From Bugula neritina (lineage: Eukaryota; Animalia; Bryozoa): a stretch of DNA of 64,000 nucleotides. The stretch spans positions 7,512,698 through 7,576,697 of the forward strand of contig OZ037765.1 in the NCBI GenBank assembly GCA_964035545.1, read 5' to 3'. Position 1 is the first letter of the stretch. Each line of letters opens with the position of its first letter. Shown here piece after piece: positions 1 through 13,200 of the stretch. Under the pieces are notes generated by a model, which worked only from the letters and a program-made list of their open reading frames with translations, searched no databases and was not told the DNA's origin. The position numbers were made by a program, and so were the translations under genes.

Positions 1-1202
1 TAACTCCACCAGGTGCCAAAAGAGTGTTGAGATCCAAGAATCGTAATACTTGCAAAAAGGCTTCACCCAAATCTGCCTGATCACTGTAAAGACTATAAGT
101 CACTACTTTTCACCCGTTTTATTTCTCGAAGTAATCTAGCGGATGAATAGTTTTATACTCTTATACACTTCATAATGCATTTTTTACTATGGTATTTACT
201 ATATATTCATAAATATAGTAGACATATGTATTATATACATGCATGTAAATGAGTAACCATGGCTTTTATAACTGCTCTCATTTGTTAGTAGTAATGTATA
301 GGCACATAGTTAAATTCTCTGTATTATGTGTCCTATTCACACAATTGTTAATAGACTCGAATAGCATGGCCCAGCAATGAAAGAATGGCCGTCTTGTACA
401 TTAGGTATTGTGATGTGTCGTTTCTAAAATTAGACTTCTCGAGAAAGTTATAGCTCTTAAGGTTCTTCTGCAGTAACTAGTGCAGATAATGGTAAATCAT
501 TAGGGCTATATTCTTAATGCATAAAATTAACAGGTACTGGCTTCAAGTGTAAAATTGTTAAATTTGTGAAGAGAGAGCACAACTACGAATCAAATTCTTT
601 GTAATACATTAGGCCTTGAGGCATACTAAAAGTGGTGGGTTTGCACAGCAAGTACAAGTAATACCAAGTACCTTAATATTTCACTAGAACATTTGTACTT
701 TTACCATCTCTGCTGCCTATGTGTTGTGTTGTCTACTTAAACAAAGCAGATAATTATTTCAATTTGACTAGTTCTTGTAATTTCCTGATAAAATAAAAAA
801 AACTTAACTTGACTCAACATTAAGACTCCTGGTAGCCTTTGTGATGCCAACTCAGCTCTGCTACAGTACCTATGTAAATTAATATCTGTAGAATCACCTT
901 GAGATGTTTGACACAAGTATGAACCATTGTTTCACAAGTGTTCTAACTCCATTTTTATTGGCACGTAGTGTGGAGCAAACTAAAGCCTATATTTCATACT
1001 ATAAAGGGAATGATAAATGCATAATATCAACATGAAATCTATGCAAACAGTACCTTTCAAGTGTAAAGAAAAAACAACAGCAGAAATAAATGAGTATTAT
1101 TTACATCATATGAGATTTGTCATTAAGAAATAATGGAAATAGTAGTAGTCAGGAATGCTAAAAGCCAAATAGTTCAAGTATAACATTTGATATGCTATTT
1201 GA

Positions 1203-4200
1203 TTAATAATTTATTTTCTTCTGAGCACCGGCCTTCTTTTGCCACAGATGATTGTGAATAGTAACTGCATCAAGAGAAACCGACAAATGCTTGGTTGACA
1301 AAACTTCTGTGAAATTCTTTCCTCCAGAGTTATATCTTCAAATACATGTAAAATTATAATTATTTCCTATTCAATGCCCTACCACATAGAAAAGAAGCAA
1401 AGTGGTCATATTATGCCATCAAGGTTCTAGCTGTATCCAGCCAAGCTAAGTTACATTGTTAGATTTGCACCATGATAAACTATTTTGTGTAACAGCTTTG
1501 AAAAACATCATTGTTAAATTGGGGAATTATTTCTAATTGATAACCTTCAGTACACTCACAAAAGTTGATTTGTTGCAGGAAAAAGAGGAAATGCTTGCAT
1601 TGCTGTCAAATACATGAGGCACATATTTTCTATTTACCACAACTATAACCAATAGTGGAATGGAATTTAATACAAATTAAATAAAAATCTTACAAATTTT
1701 AAGTTAACTAATCAATTTTAAGAATATTATAGATGCTCACTTGTAGAACCTGTGACACATGTCATCTTGGATAAACCTTGGCCCTTGGCCATGCACTTTG
1801 ACACATTGCTGTGAGTCGGGACAAAAACTGTACACAGCTTTGTATGTTTGGTTTCCATCTCGAAAGAGAATCAGAAAGTGTTTCCCGTCAGATTTAGCTA
1901 ATTCCTGTAAAATATTTCGACAAAATTAATAGCATTTTGCAAAAACAGAATTTTAAAATTTAAAAATGTTGCGAATTTTACATAATTGCTTGATAGCAAA
2001 ATCTTTACAAAAGGAGCAAATGGAAATATCAAGAAACAATAGTTGATGCACCGGTATAATTTCGGATAAATTACTGAAAAATATGTCAACCAAATATATT
2101 GAAATACTAAAGGAAGCTGAGTTACGCCCGAAGAATTGATATGGCCATTTTTCAAATATCTGGTAAATTATTAATAAGAAATACAATTATCAAAAGTTAT
2201 TTTTAAACCCTTTTGTTTAAGGAACCAAACTTGGACAATAAAGAGTTTCAAAGAATATAACACCACATGCACATTACTCTAAACTAACCATAAGAACTTT
2301 GTTTTTATTGTCCGAGTTGACAACTCCAGCTAGACAGCAGTGGCTGATTGCATTTATGATTATCGTTCTGTTTGATCTCTGCTTCTGGCTAGGCTTGACA
2401 TACAGTTTAGGCCCCGTGTACTCGTCAGGAGGTGCTTCAATAGCCGACGTTCTACTTCTGCTGCTAATGTTGCCACCTAAACACACACACAGTAGGTTAT
2501 ATAAACAATGTAGTTTAGCTGAAATGTTAGAGCTGCTACACGGAAAAAATAGAGTATATTGTCCCACCTGTGTACGAGCAGACTGGACTGGCCACTCTAC
2601 GATGAGTGAGATTTCCCGATCCAATGGACACTGTAAATGACGCAGCTGAGTCAATGTTATCCGAACTTCTTAAAAAGTTTTCATCAGTTATCGAAGAACC
2701 TAGAAAAATTCGTAAGATGAATGACAATAAGCTTTGTCTGATAGATTGTAAACCTGAGTGAGTTGTAGGGTTTAGTGATGACACATCACAGAGCTTGTAG
2801 TGACTAAACTTCATTTGACAAAATCGTTAAATTTCAGGAGAATAGAAATGTCAGTGAGACAGTACAATTGACAAATCAGAGTCTAGCATACGAGGCACAA
2901 TTCCTGAGAGGTGAACTAGCCAAGAAATAATTTATTTCAAAATGCATGGAAGCTAATTTGAGATTTTCTATCAAATAAGTGTATCCATTATAAAACAGAA
3001 AGAAAATATGAACAACCCCTCCCTGCCAATAATTTCTTTATTTGAGTGTTGTATCTAATTTACATGCTGTCAATCAGTACTGCAATCTTTGACTTTCATC
3101 TAATTTCACTAACAGCACACGATATCAATGCCATACTTGGGTTTCAAGCTTGTATATATATTATGATGAATAAGTACAGACAAGGAATTTAACTGCTATA
3201 AGCAAGTGTTAATCAGAACAAGAGTGAATGCTTAAAGCACAATAGCAAGAAATCGAAATGAGAGAACAAACCCACAACCCCATACCAATAGAATTGGTTA
3301 ATTCAATTACTAAGGCAGTTTTCTTTGCTAGCAATATTGTTAAATCAAAAATGCAGTATTATTAGCTGCTTAAAGAATGAGGATGAATATAACTTTCTCT
3401 TGAGCTACAAAATCTAGTGTGGATCAAATGCACCAGTTAAAAATCCCCTTCAAATATTTGAGTTTAAGTTTCAGATCTAAACATGATTAAAACTCAACAT
3501 TCAACTCACCAGCCCAGTGAATGGAAGCTGGCCGAGCGCTCTTCTTGGGTTTTTGTCGCTGCCTAAACTGGGCCCTGAACTCTGGGGGCAAATCTTCTTC
3601 AGCCTTTTTTTGCTGAAACTGCTGCAAAATAGCTTCTTTTTTCGCCTTCTCTTCCATCTTTTTTCTTTCTGCTTCCTACATCAAAAACATTTTTCCTAAA
3701 CAACACTTTTATCAATATAGTCACTTTGACTTTCAGACAAAGGCAAAATTTAGAAAGAAATGTTCTAAATAGAAGCTAACCATCTCCTTGACTCTCAATG
3801 CCTCGGCCTTGGCAGCAAGGTCAGCTGCCTTCTGCTGCTTCTTCAACTCCTGTTCTTCCCTTCTCTTCATTTGCAGCATCAGCATCTTTTCCTTGCGTTT
3901 TGTTAACTCCTCTTCGGATATCTACAAGATTTATTTTATTATTTTGAACAAACAGAATCATTGAAACGGCTAGAACAGCACAAGGTGGTACATTAGAAAG
4001 CTAATTTACTTATCAATAACAATTGAGCATCAGAAGATGAGTTGTTTAATGAATAGTAAAAATACCAAGTGAGAAGTTACACCTTTGTATAAATAAACTC
4101 ATGAAGCAGAAATTCCTGTGAAGTTTAATAGTGTGCACATAATGTTTTAAAAGCCAAGTATATAAATAAATAAATTTCATTAAAATATTTATATATGCTC

Positions 4201-7200
4201 CCAGCTTGTATCATTGGAGTTCTCACTTTATTCTGCTATTAGCAGCCATCTACTATATTACAATGAAAACAATCACTGATCACAACCCATTAGTTTTTAG
4301 TTGAAGTAATGTATTGGTCTTTTCTTACATGTGGAAATAGTTTGGTGAGTTTGAATTAAAACTAAACGTTGATAGCTTGTACTAATGTCGATACTGTAGG
4401 CAAAATAAGCACAGTTGTCACTCAGTACCATTTGGCTAGAAGATTTGGTATTTACTAAATTTACCTGGTATAAAAACTGCATCAGAGCAATAATATATAC
4501 ATTACAAGAAGGCAAGAGTGCATCATTTAGCAGATGAAATGATATATCAACGTATTTTTGTGGCCTTTTTATCTTCCTATAACACATAATATATTTCCAT
4601 ATTATATGAAACATTGTTAGATAAAACCAGAACACCATAAACTTTCTATTAATATAAAATGTCAAGTGGCAGACTGTAACTGGTAATAAACATTCTACCG
4701 TTTCAACTAATTTACTCAGCAACTAATACTCTGGTCTTACCTTATTTTGACCTGCCACAATGAAGCCAACCCCAGGCTGGTTGAGAAGGTCCCCGTGAGG
4801 AGTGCTCATGTCCCAAGTGGGTCTCTTAGGTTTACTGCTGCCTCGTGACGTATTGCTTTCACTCTCAGCAGACCCTTCAAATGGAATGTTTTCCCGTTGG
4901 TCTTTGAAATTTATAATTCATGGTAAACAATAATTATTGATTACCTTTATTAAAGTTTTGATATTAAATCCGTAAAATATAACTACATTTTATTCATTTA
5001 TTTATAATTTGCTACTTATACTACCTGTAACTTACCGCACACTATTCACTATTTGCTATTTACTATTTATTATATGTTATTTTGCTATTCATCATTTATT
5101 ATATACTATTCACTATATATAATATCTATTATATACTATTCACTAAACCTCCATATACCTATGCTATTTACATATTTAAAGAACATTAGATCATTACCGC
5201 TGCCATATGAATGAAGAGAAACCTTGTCATCATTATCTCCACTCTGCTGACGGTGGAGCGCAGATGCAGTCATGTGACTTGAAGAGTTTGGTCTGCTCAG
5301 CTGACCAGCTCCTTGTGAGTGGTTTGAGCCGATTTCCGCAAACGCATTCTCTATTTCAGAAGAACCAGACGAAACTTTACGAGCTCCCCCATATGTTGCA
5401 CCTGGGCCAGGTAGCGCAGGGTCTGGGTATGGAAATGGTGTGGTAGGGGGGTGTGGCGAGGCCAGCCTCTGATCAGCAGTAGAATGAGAAAGCGGATCCC
5501 TTGTAGACTGAGACATGGGAGAGAAGGGAGTTCCATCAGCATTAGGATATTGTGAAGAGTGCTGCTTCAGTGAGTCGGAGTGCTGCCTGAGTGAGTCAGC
5601 CTGAATGGCATCCATGGCCGCATTGAGCGATACACCATCCTCCATTGGTTTCAGCTCGTTATCAGCAGTGCCATAAGGAGTGTTCAGTTTATAGAAGCCT
5701 TGCCCAGCTGGTTTGGCTGATTCAGATGGCGCTTCATATTCATATGGTGCTCTAACTAGCCTGGTGGTATCAGCTGTAGGAGAAGCCTGGGGGTCCACGT
5801 GCACCGTACCGTGTCTGGACACAGCTTGGGGAGGTGTTGAAACGGCCCCATACCTGGAGGTAGCATACTGCCTCATTGGTGTATCAGACATGCAGTTTAT
5901 GTCTGCATATTTATATGAATCCAGACTGGCAACTAAGGAGCCATCTCTAGTGGGAGGACTGGAGTAATTAACATAAGGTTCTGGTCTCACACCGTAGCCA
6001 ATAGCGGGAGGCGTGGAGCGGTCTCTCTCTACTCTTTCTATCATAGAGTGAGGTCTTTGTTTTCGAGAGTTCGCCATGTGCGATGCTTCTCTCTCAGGAG
6101 TGTCTATTGAGGAGAGATCCACCCGCAACTGCTGATGTTTATTCTGCAGAAAGTTGAGCTGAGCGTACTTATCGGCATCAGAAGAGGCAGCTGCAAGTCC
6201 CAGGCTATCTATTTGAGAATCTTTGACAGAACTGTTCTTGACATCTGGTCTGTGTGCATAATATTCTCTCATTGGTGTATCTGCTTCAATGGGATATCCA
6301 CCTTGAGGTAAGCTTACTTCCCTCATAGGGGTATCAAGAGAGGTGTCTATATCTAAATTGGGAGGGGTATTAGTGTGAGGCTGACCATACTGAGAGTGTA
6401 TTCTCATTGGTGTATCCTCCACGAGCTCCTGAGGAAGATGGCGGCCAGGCAACTGTTGTATGTGAAGAGTTTCATCTTTCATATCCGACTGGTTGGCACA
6501 TTCCTTCGCTGATGGTCTCCTTGGCCTATGAGGGGCCTAACAACACAAGGTACATGGCACTTGAACAACTATACAAGGCAAGGATAAAACACCAGCTAGT
6601 TTTAGATTCAGTGTTAAAACAAGTGTTGACATAAAATAAACAAATTTTATAAAGAAATTTCAACTCAAATCATAAAAAATTCATTTGATTTATTACAATT
6701 CTGCTGTGTCTTCGTGTAAATATAGTCTACAATATCAATATTAAAGTTATTAGGTGATTATAAGTTCTACTTCAGCTACAAGTTTCACCAGTTGAGCTAG
6801 TTTATATCCAAATCACCTAAGGTCCATATTACTAGCAGTAGCCAAAAACACCTAAAGGTGCAAACTATAGCCAAGTAGTCTGTGAATATTCACAGCACCC
6901 GGGAATTCTCAACAGCCAAATTTCTTGCAGTCTTAATAAGTTTTTCCATTTTACCATAAAGGCAACTCTTTTTCAAGAAAAACTTTATTTGTTTGACAAC
7001 AAAAGCTCAGAAATTTCTGCAACACTGCACTACACTTGTATAAACTGAGAAGCTCTACATACTCTAGCTGGAGACATAGTATCAGGCGGAGGTTGGAAGG
7101 CTTGGTGGACATCTCTGGTGGCCAACTCAGGTCCCCCTGTGTCACCTCTGGGTGAGTAGTCAGTGTCATCGTATCCTGGGAACAGCGGTGCCTTGTCAGC

Positions 7201-10200
7201 ACTCCATTTCTTCCTCCCAGCTGATTGGTCGAGGGAAGTGTCAGGCATTGGCGTTGAAGACGAACTTTGTGGTGTGTTTGTAGGCGTCTGCAACAATGCA
7301 ACAATGGATAAAATTATAATTAAATGTTCAAATATCAAATTAATATACTTTGAAACATCAAAAATAAAACATTACAAAAGACAAAGGCAGTAGAATAAAC
7401 ATGCCTTTCTTCTACTGAGTTGTGAGCTGCTGAGGAAGCCATTTGAGCTGGTCCTCTTCATAGGCCCAGGTTTGGGAGAGTTGTCATCACTTGGTTTATG
7501 GGTGTGATCTTTCTTCACTTTTGTTTTCACTTTTTCAGAAGACGATTTCACTGTATCGTGGAGAATAAAAGGCTCCGTGGTGCTTTGTGACAGAGACTGG
7601 ATATTGGGCTGACTGAATGGGTCTGACACAATCTGCAGGCTCTTACTCATAGAATCATCGTGTGTCTGCCACTTGGAATTCGAAAAACCTGATTGATTAA
7701 GATCAGAGAGGTGAAGAGTCTTGTCTCTTGCTGGGTCATTCTCAGTCAACTGTAAGGCTGGAGTAGCCAGAGGTGTAGAGCTGATAGTCTCGGCGTTCTT
7801 AGACCTGGGAGTGGACCTGCTCTGTGGTCTACCTGCGCTTAACATAGTCTGTAGCTCTTCTATTCGCATCTGCTCTTCGGATAGTTTCTTCATTTCACCT
7901 GAATTTACAAACTCTACATTCACAAAGAGAATATTTAAAGGTGCATAAAGCCGGTAGGTAAAATACCAAACCAAAAACAACAATTAGTCTAAACATGCTA
8001 CAATAAGTCTATACTATAGAATATTTTAATTATATTTTAAAATATTGCAATTAAACTATAATAGATTATAATTTATATTTATATTGTAAAAGATTATACT
8101 ATACTATAAAATATTATATATTAATATTTTTATATAAATTCATGTTGATGAAAATAAAACATGGTCACAATAAATCCTGCTGAACACCTGCCACAAGTAA
8201 TGAGTTAGTCACAACTTTGTCAAGCATGCACATATTTACTAATTATTCAACAAGAGGCCAAAACTCAACACTCCATCACCTTTCAGCTCCGATAAGCTAG
8301 CATTCAGTTTCTCCAGTCCATATTGCTCTACATCAACCGGCGCCTCATGCTGCTTGCTGTCTCCACTCGGTGCTCTTTCCCTGCTGCCGATCCCATTCAT
8401 GGTTGGTAAAGGCACTCTGGGAGACTCAACTTCGCTCGCTGACTCACTCAACTATGAATATAAATAGCAAATCTAGACCATATGTGATGTAACTATTCCA
8501 CAATAACATGTAAATCTTACTTTACAAACAAAAATGATGCAGATTTATAAATCAACAATCTATAACGGATTTAAAATGAGACCCTATGATGAAAAAAAAA
8601 ATCAGTTTTCAGTAAAACTGGTTGCTTAAATTTAAACTTTAAAATATATAAATTTATTGAGAATGCTGGGAAGGGTGTTTGGCAATGATGTAAATTTCAA
8701 TAAGATAATTTAGTATAATTTACTTATACTATATTAATTTGATTTGTTTAGTATAATTTAGTATACTTGGAAAGTGACGCAGTACAATTAGCTTACCTCT
8801 GTAATATTATCCAAGGCAGCAGGTGTCACATTAATAGAAGTTGCTGACGTAGTGGCAGCAACCCTTTTAGACTTACTCTCCTGATCATGCTGCCACTTGT
8901 CCTGAAGATCCTTTATAGTCTTAGATATGCTGTCTTTTGAGAAACCACCGGCAGCTTCCGCTCTGTTGGAAATTATTTAAATTCAACTGAAATACTACAA
9001 CAACTCAGTAACTCTGCTAGATAAGTAATGTATAGAACCATTAGTCAGCTAAGTAAATACAAACATTAAACTAAGATAAACTTCGCTGATGATAGTTCAA
9101 GCAGAAGCAGAAGTCGTACCAAGTGAGAACATGTGGTTCCTAATCCCTGCTAGACTCTATGATATCATATGAAATACATATTTGTATTCGAGTAATTTTA
9201 CAAAGTGAAGAAGCCACTGGATGCCCTTACGAGAATGTATACCATATATTCTACTCAATTACATTGACAATAGCATATATTACAGGCAATAACCTACACA
9301 GAATATACTACAGTTAATAAGCTACACAGAATATCCTGCAGATAATAACCTACACAGAATATCCTGCAGATAATAAAGAGAATATAACTAAACAATACCT
9401 TCCATCTCCCTGCATTCTCTCACTCTTATTTTTAGCGACAGCCTGGAGAAACGCCTGCTGACTGGCAGCATTCAACTCTTTAGTTCTCTCCAGCTCTTCA
9501 AGAGATTTCTTCTTAGCCATGGCCTGCGATACAAATACTCACTGAGCATGCTCGGCAACTGGCAGGTTGGACAAGCTAATCTATTTTTAGTAAGTGTCTT
9601 TCTTTATAAAATATTCTGTTTAGCCTTTTCCCACACTAAGCTAGTGGCTCACCAAACAACAACTTCAGTAAAGCTTGGTGAAGAAGAGCAAATGTTATGA
9701 ATGAGAAATTGAAGAGTTGACAGATTTCTATTTCAAAATATCTAAACCAATAAAATATGTATTTAAAATGATAGATCGCATAAAAAGCAATATAAACTCG
9801 AGTTTATAAAAATTTCCATTCATCAATTCACATCATGGAAATACTAGCAAGAGCTGGAAAGCTGCCCACCTTCCTCCTCTCCTCAAGGAGCAGACGCACG
9901 TCAGCACTCGCCTCTGATGCCTCAGACACTGTGTCAGAGTCAGCCTCTGAATCACTGCGGAGTCTGTTACTCTCAGACCACGTCGTCTGGTTGATAGAGA
10001 AGGTGGTGCGCTTCGTTGGCTTCACTATAAATATCATAGCAGAAGAGTATAGCAACACGCACTGAGACTTGATATCAAGTTTGTAGTAAAATTTCTAAAA
10101 CATTTATTTTAGTTTAATGGTCGTGAGACAATCCTTTTTTTTCTGTATTCAACATTGAAAAGCTGCAGAACTTCAGTGAAGTTACTCTAAATTTGAATCA

Positions 10201-13200
10201 AATAAAAAAGTGCAAAGAAATATTGCAAATAAATGTAAGAGAATCAGCCTCTAGTTACAGGAATAAATAAACTCTCATAAATCAAAGAAATTGAAAATAT
10301 AAAATATCTCCTGTATTTAGCAACAAATAAAAGAATGTGACGAAAATAAAACACCGAGATGTACACCCTCACAACTAATGAAGTTGACTACAGAACTCAC
10401 CGTCCGCAGAAGTATTTCTTTGATCTTCGAATCGCTGTTTGAGCCGTGGAGGGGGTGTGGAACCAGAAATCTCTGCAATCGAATGAGCAGTAGATCCCTT
10501 CAATACACCAAAGTCAGCGAAACAAGTAACATTGTCAGCTTGGGAGAGGTTAGCAGTAGCTTCGGACTTGTCGGCATTAGCACCAGATAATTCAATGAGT
10601 TGTATGGGAGAGTGAGGGGGGACATCTTGCCCAGCCTCACCATCAGCTAGACTACTAAGCGAGACCTCAGTACACGTATCGGACACACTGTTCTGTATCA
10701 CTGGTATGCCAGCAGCATAAGCTCCGTCAGCAGTCAATGCAGTACTGATGACGTAACTCTGGCCAACAGCGCCGGCATTTCTGTGGTCGGTATTCCCAGC
10801 ACGAGGGGACAACTCTGAGTCTGTTCGGGGCGTAACCTTGGTAAACTCTGTGGTTGTGACCTCTTCGGGTGAGGGTGGCTTCTCACCCTCCCCGTAATTA
10901 GCATCTGCAGTCGAAGATTTCGGAGAGAGTTGGAAGCCATGTTTTTGAGCAAACTGTTTGAGCGGACTCTCCAGGTCACGACTTCTGTCGAGTAGCCTCT
11001 GGTAGGAGGAGCTCATCTGACTCCCGCCACTCCTCCCTCTTTCCGGAGTCTGAGAATTCAGTCTTTCAGTTTGCCTGCGCTGCACACTTTTACCTGCATT
11101 CACTGAGCTAATGTCAGACTTGGCACGGTGAGGGGGCGTGTCCCCATCACTGTCATCACTGGCGTCGTGGAAACTCACATTAGATAACAGACTTGTGCTT
11201 CCATTCGAAGTGGTAGACATTCTGTTAGCATTCTGAGCTTTAGATCTGCAGATAAATTCAGCAACACTTTGTACAAGCAGAAGAGATGAATAAACACAAC
11301 AATAACAGCTTCAGTACAACAGATTCCAGTGCATACATTTTCATACAGCATTAGATATATATAAAGATAGTGTTGTAGTTGAAACAGCATTTGGTTAGAC
11401 TTTACTGAGAGTCAGCAAATTTATCTTTCTGGAGCTGACAGCACAGGCAGCATACAGCAGAGAAGTACACAAACAACTATATTCATGATAAACAATCTTA
11501 TTGGCAGACAGATGCTATATATGTAAATATTGGTCAATAGCAATCTATGTTTTACAGGAAAAGCTCTATAGAAGTAGTTCCAATAAAAATTTCAACAAAA
11601 ATTCTAGCAACATGATTTTAATTTCAATAACATATCATTTTACAACATGAATATATATTTACAATGTTAATTCTACCTGAGTCATTGAAGTTACAATTAC
11701 ATAAATAACTTTCTGATGCATAAATATGTTTCTTCAAATATTTAAGCTTTTTAAATAAAAGCCGTTAACTTGTCTTACAGCTTAGTAGCAACAATAGCCA
11801 AAACCAAGCAGTGGATTTGGGAAACTGCTAAATGGAGAGGTATCGTTAATTTTGTGTAAACTACCATCACCTGATGTACAGCAACAGCAAATGATATTCA
11901 CAGCACATCCTAACATAGAAGTCACACCACAGCTACTGCATGTCACAGAACCAACATCAACCAAACTCACCTGTCAATGTAGTAGGATTTGTTCTCCCAT
12001 GCTACTAGAGATTGCTTTGGGTCAGGAATATTGAGAATTCCCATAGACTGAGATTTTCTAACTGAAAATATCATAACACATAAATGGCAAAGCAATATGG
12101 ATAGAATGTGAGGAAGATGATCTATCAACATAACATTAATATGTAGAGTATTGGTAGAGCTATAATACACATCACACAGTGGGTGGCCATCATATCACAC
12201 CCACACATCTACTACACACTATATGAAGCATACATACATTATACGAAGCACACATACACACTATACGAAGCATACATACACTATACAAAGCATATATACA
12301 CACTATATGAAACACACACATACTATATAAAGCATACATGCCTAATATGCACAACAAATCAGCAGGTATAAAACTCACCAACTATTGGAGACAAGGTATC
12401 ATGCATATCAATACCATCGGTTTGAGACGGGCGCTTATGAAGGAGTCTATTAGCTGAAGTATTCAGGCTACAATAATACAGCATATTATTTTGTTTACTC
12501 AGCATGTGCTACTGGGAAATTATACATTAATAATCAATACAAAGTCAATTTTACAAAATTAGTGTATCAGTAATAAGCAAATAGCAGACAGACACTAGGT
12601 TCTGCTATTCTTGATTGTACTGCTAGTGTTTAGTTATATGACTAGGATCCTACAGTATTACTAGCTGTAGTCCTACTACTAGGTCTTAGTTAGAACAGAA
12701 TGTAACTGTTAACTAGTTGCCAATATAATGTATAATAAACTAGTCAATAAAATCAATGGCAGCAATGGCACTACTAAGTTAGTACCTTCCCAACAATTCA
12801 TAGGCAGCTATGAGTCACCCCCTGGCATCACGCTGCCTATAATCTAATATATGCTGCCACACAGTAAACACATTGTAACAGGCACCCAGTGAAGGCAGCT
12901 GGGAAGCCGTTGCAGACTCTTTAAGTACTTAAAACTTAACAAGATCCTTCTGAATTCAGATAAATTACTGAACCGTAAGAAACTCGCATAACTTAGAGCA
13001 GCTAGTGTGTTGCCAAGCAGTGTCAAATTTAGCCCATATTTACATAATGTATGTAACAAAATTTACCATTGAATAATCAATGCTAATATGACATCCAAAC
13101 GTAAATGAATCTAGTTGAAGACACCGAATGCTAAACATGTCCAGTAGTAGGTACTGCTTGTGCAACAAAAAATCCACAATAGAAAGTAATATCACATGTA

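Noticed and set aside
1-80. Short open frame on + (TPPGAKRVLRSKNRNTCKKASPKSA-stop) as the last exon of a convergent gene
   Set aside because: Too short, truncated by the window edge and without a recognisable motif
1898-2186. ORFs of 85 and 77 aa on the minus strand
   Set aside because: Lie inside a CAMSAP intron, with AT-rich F/I/L/N-biased composition and no homology cues
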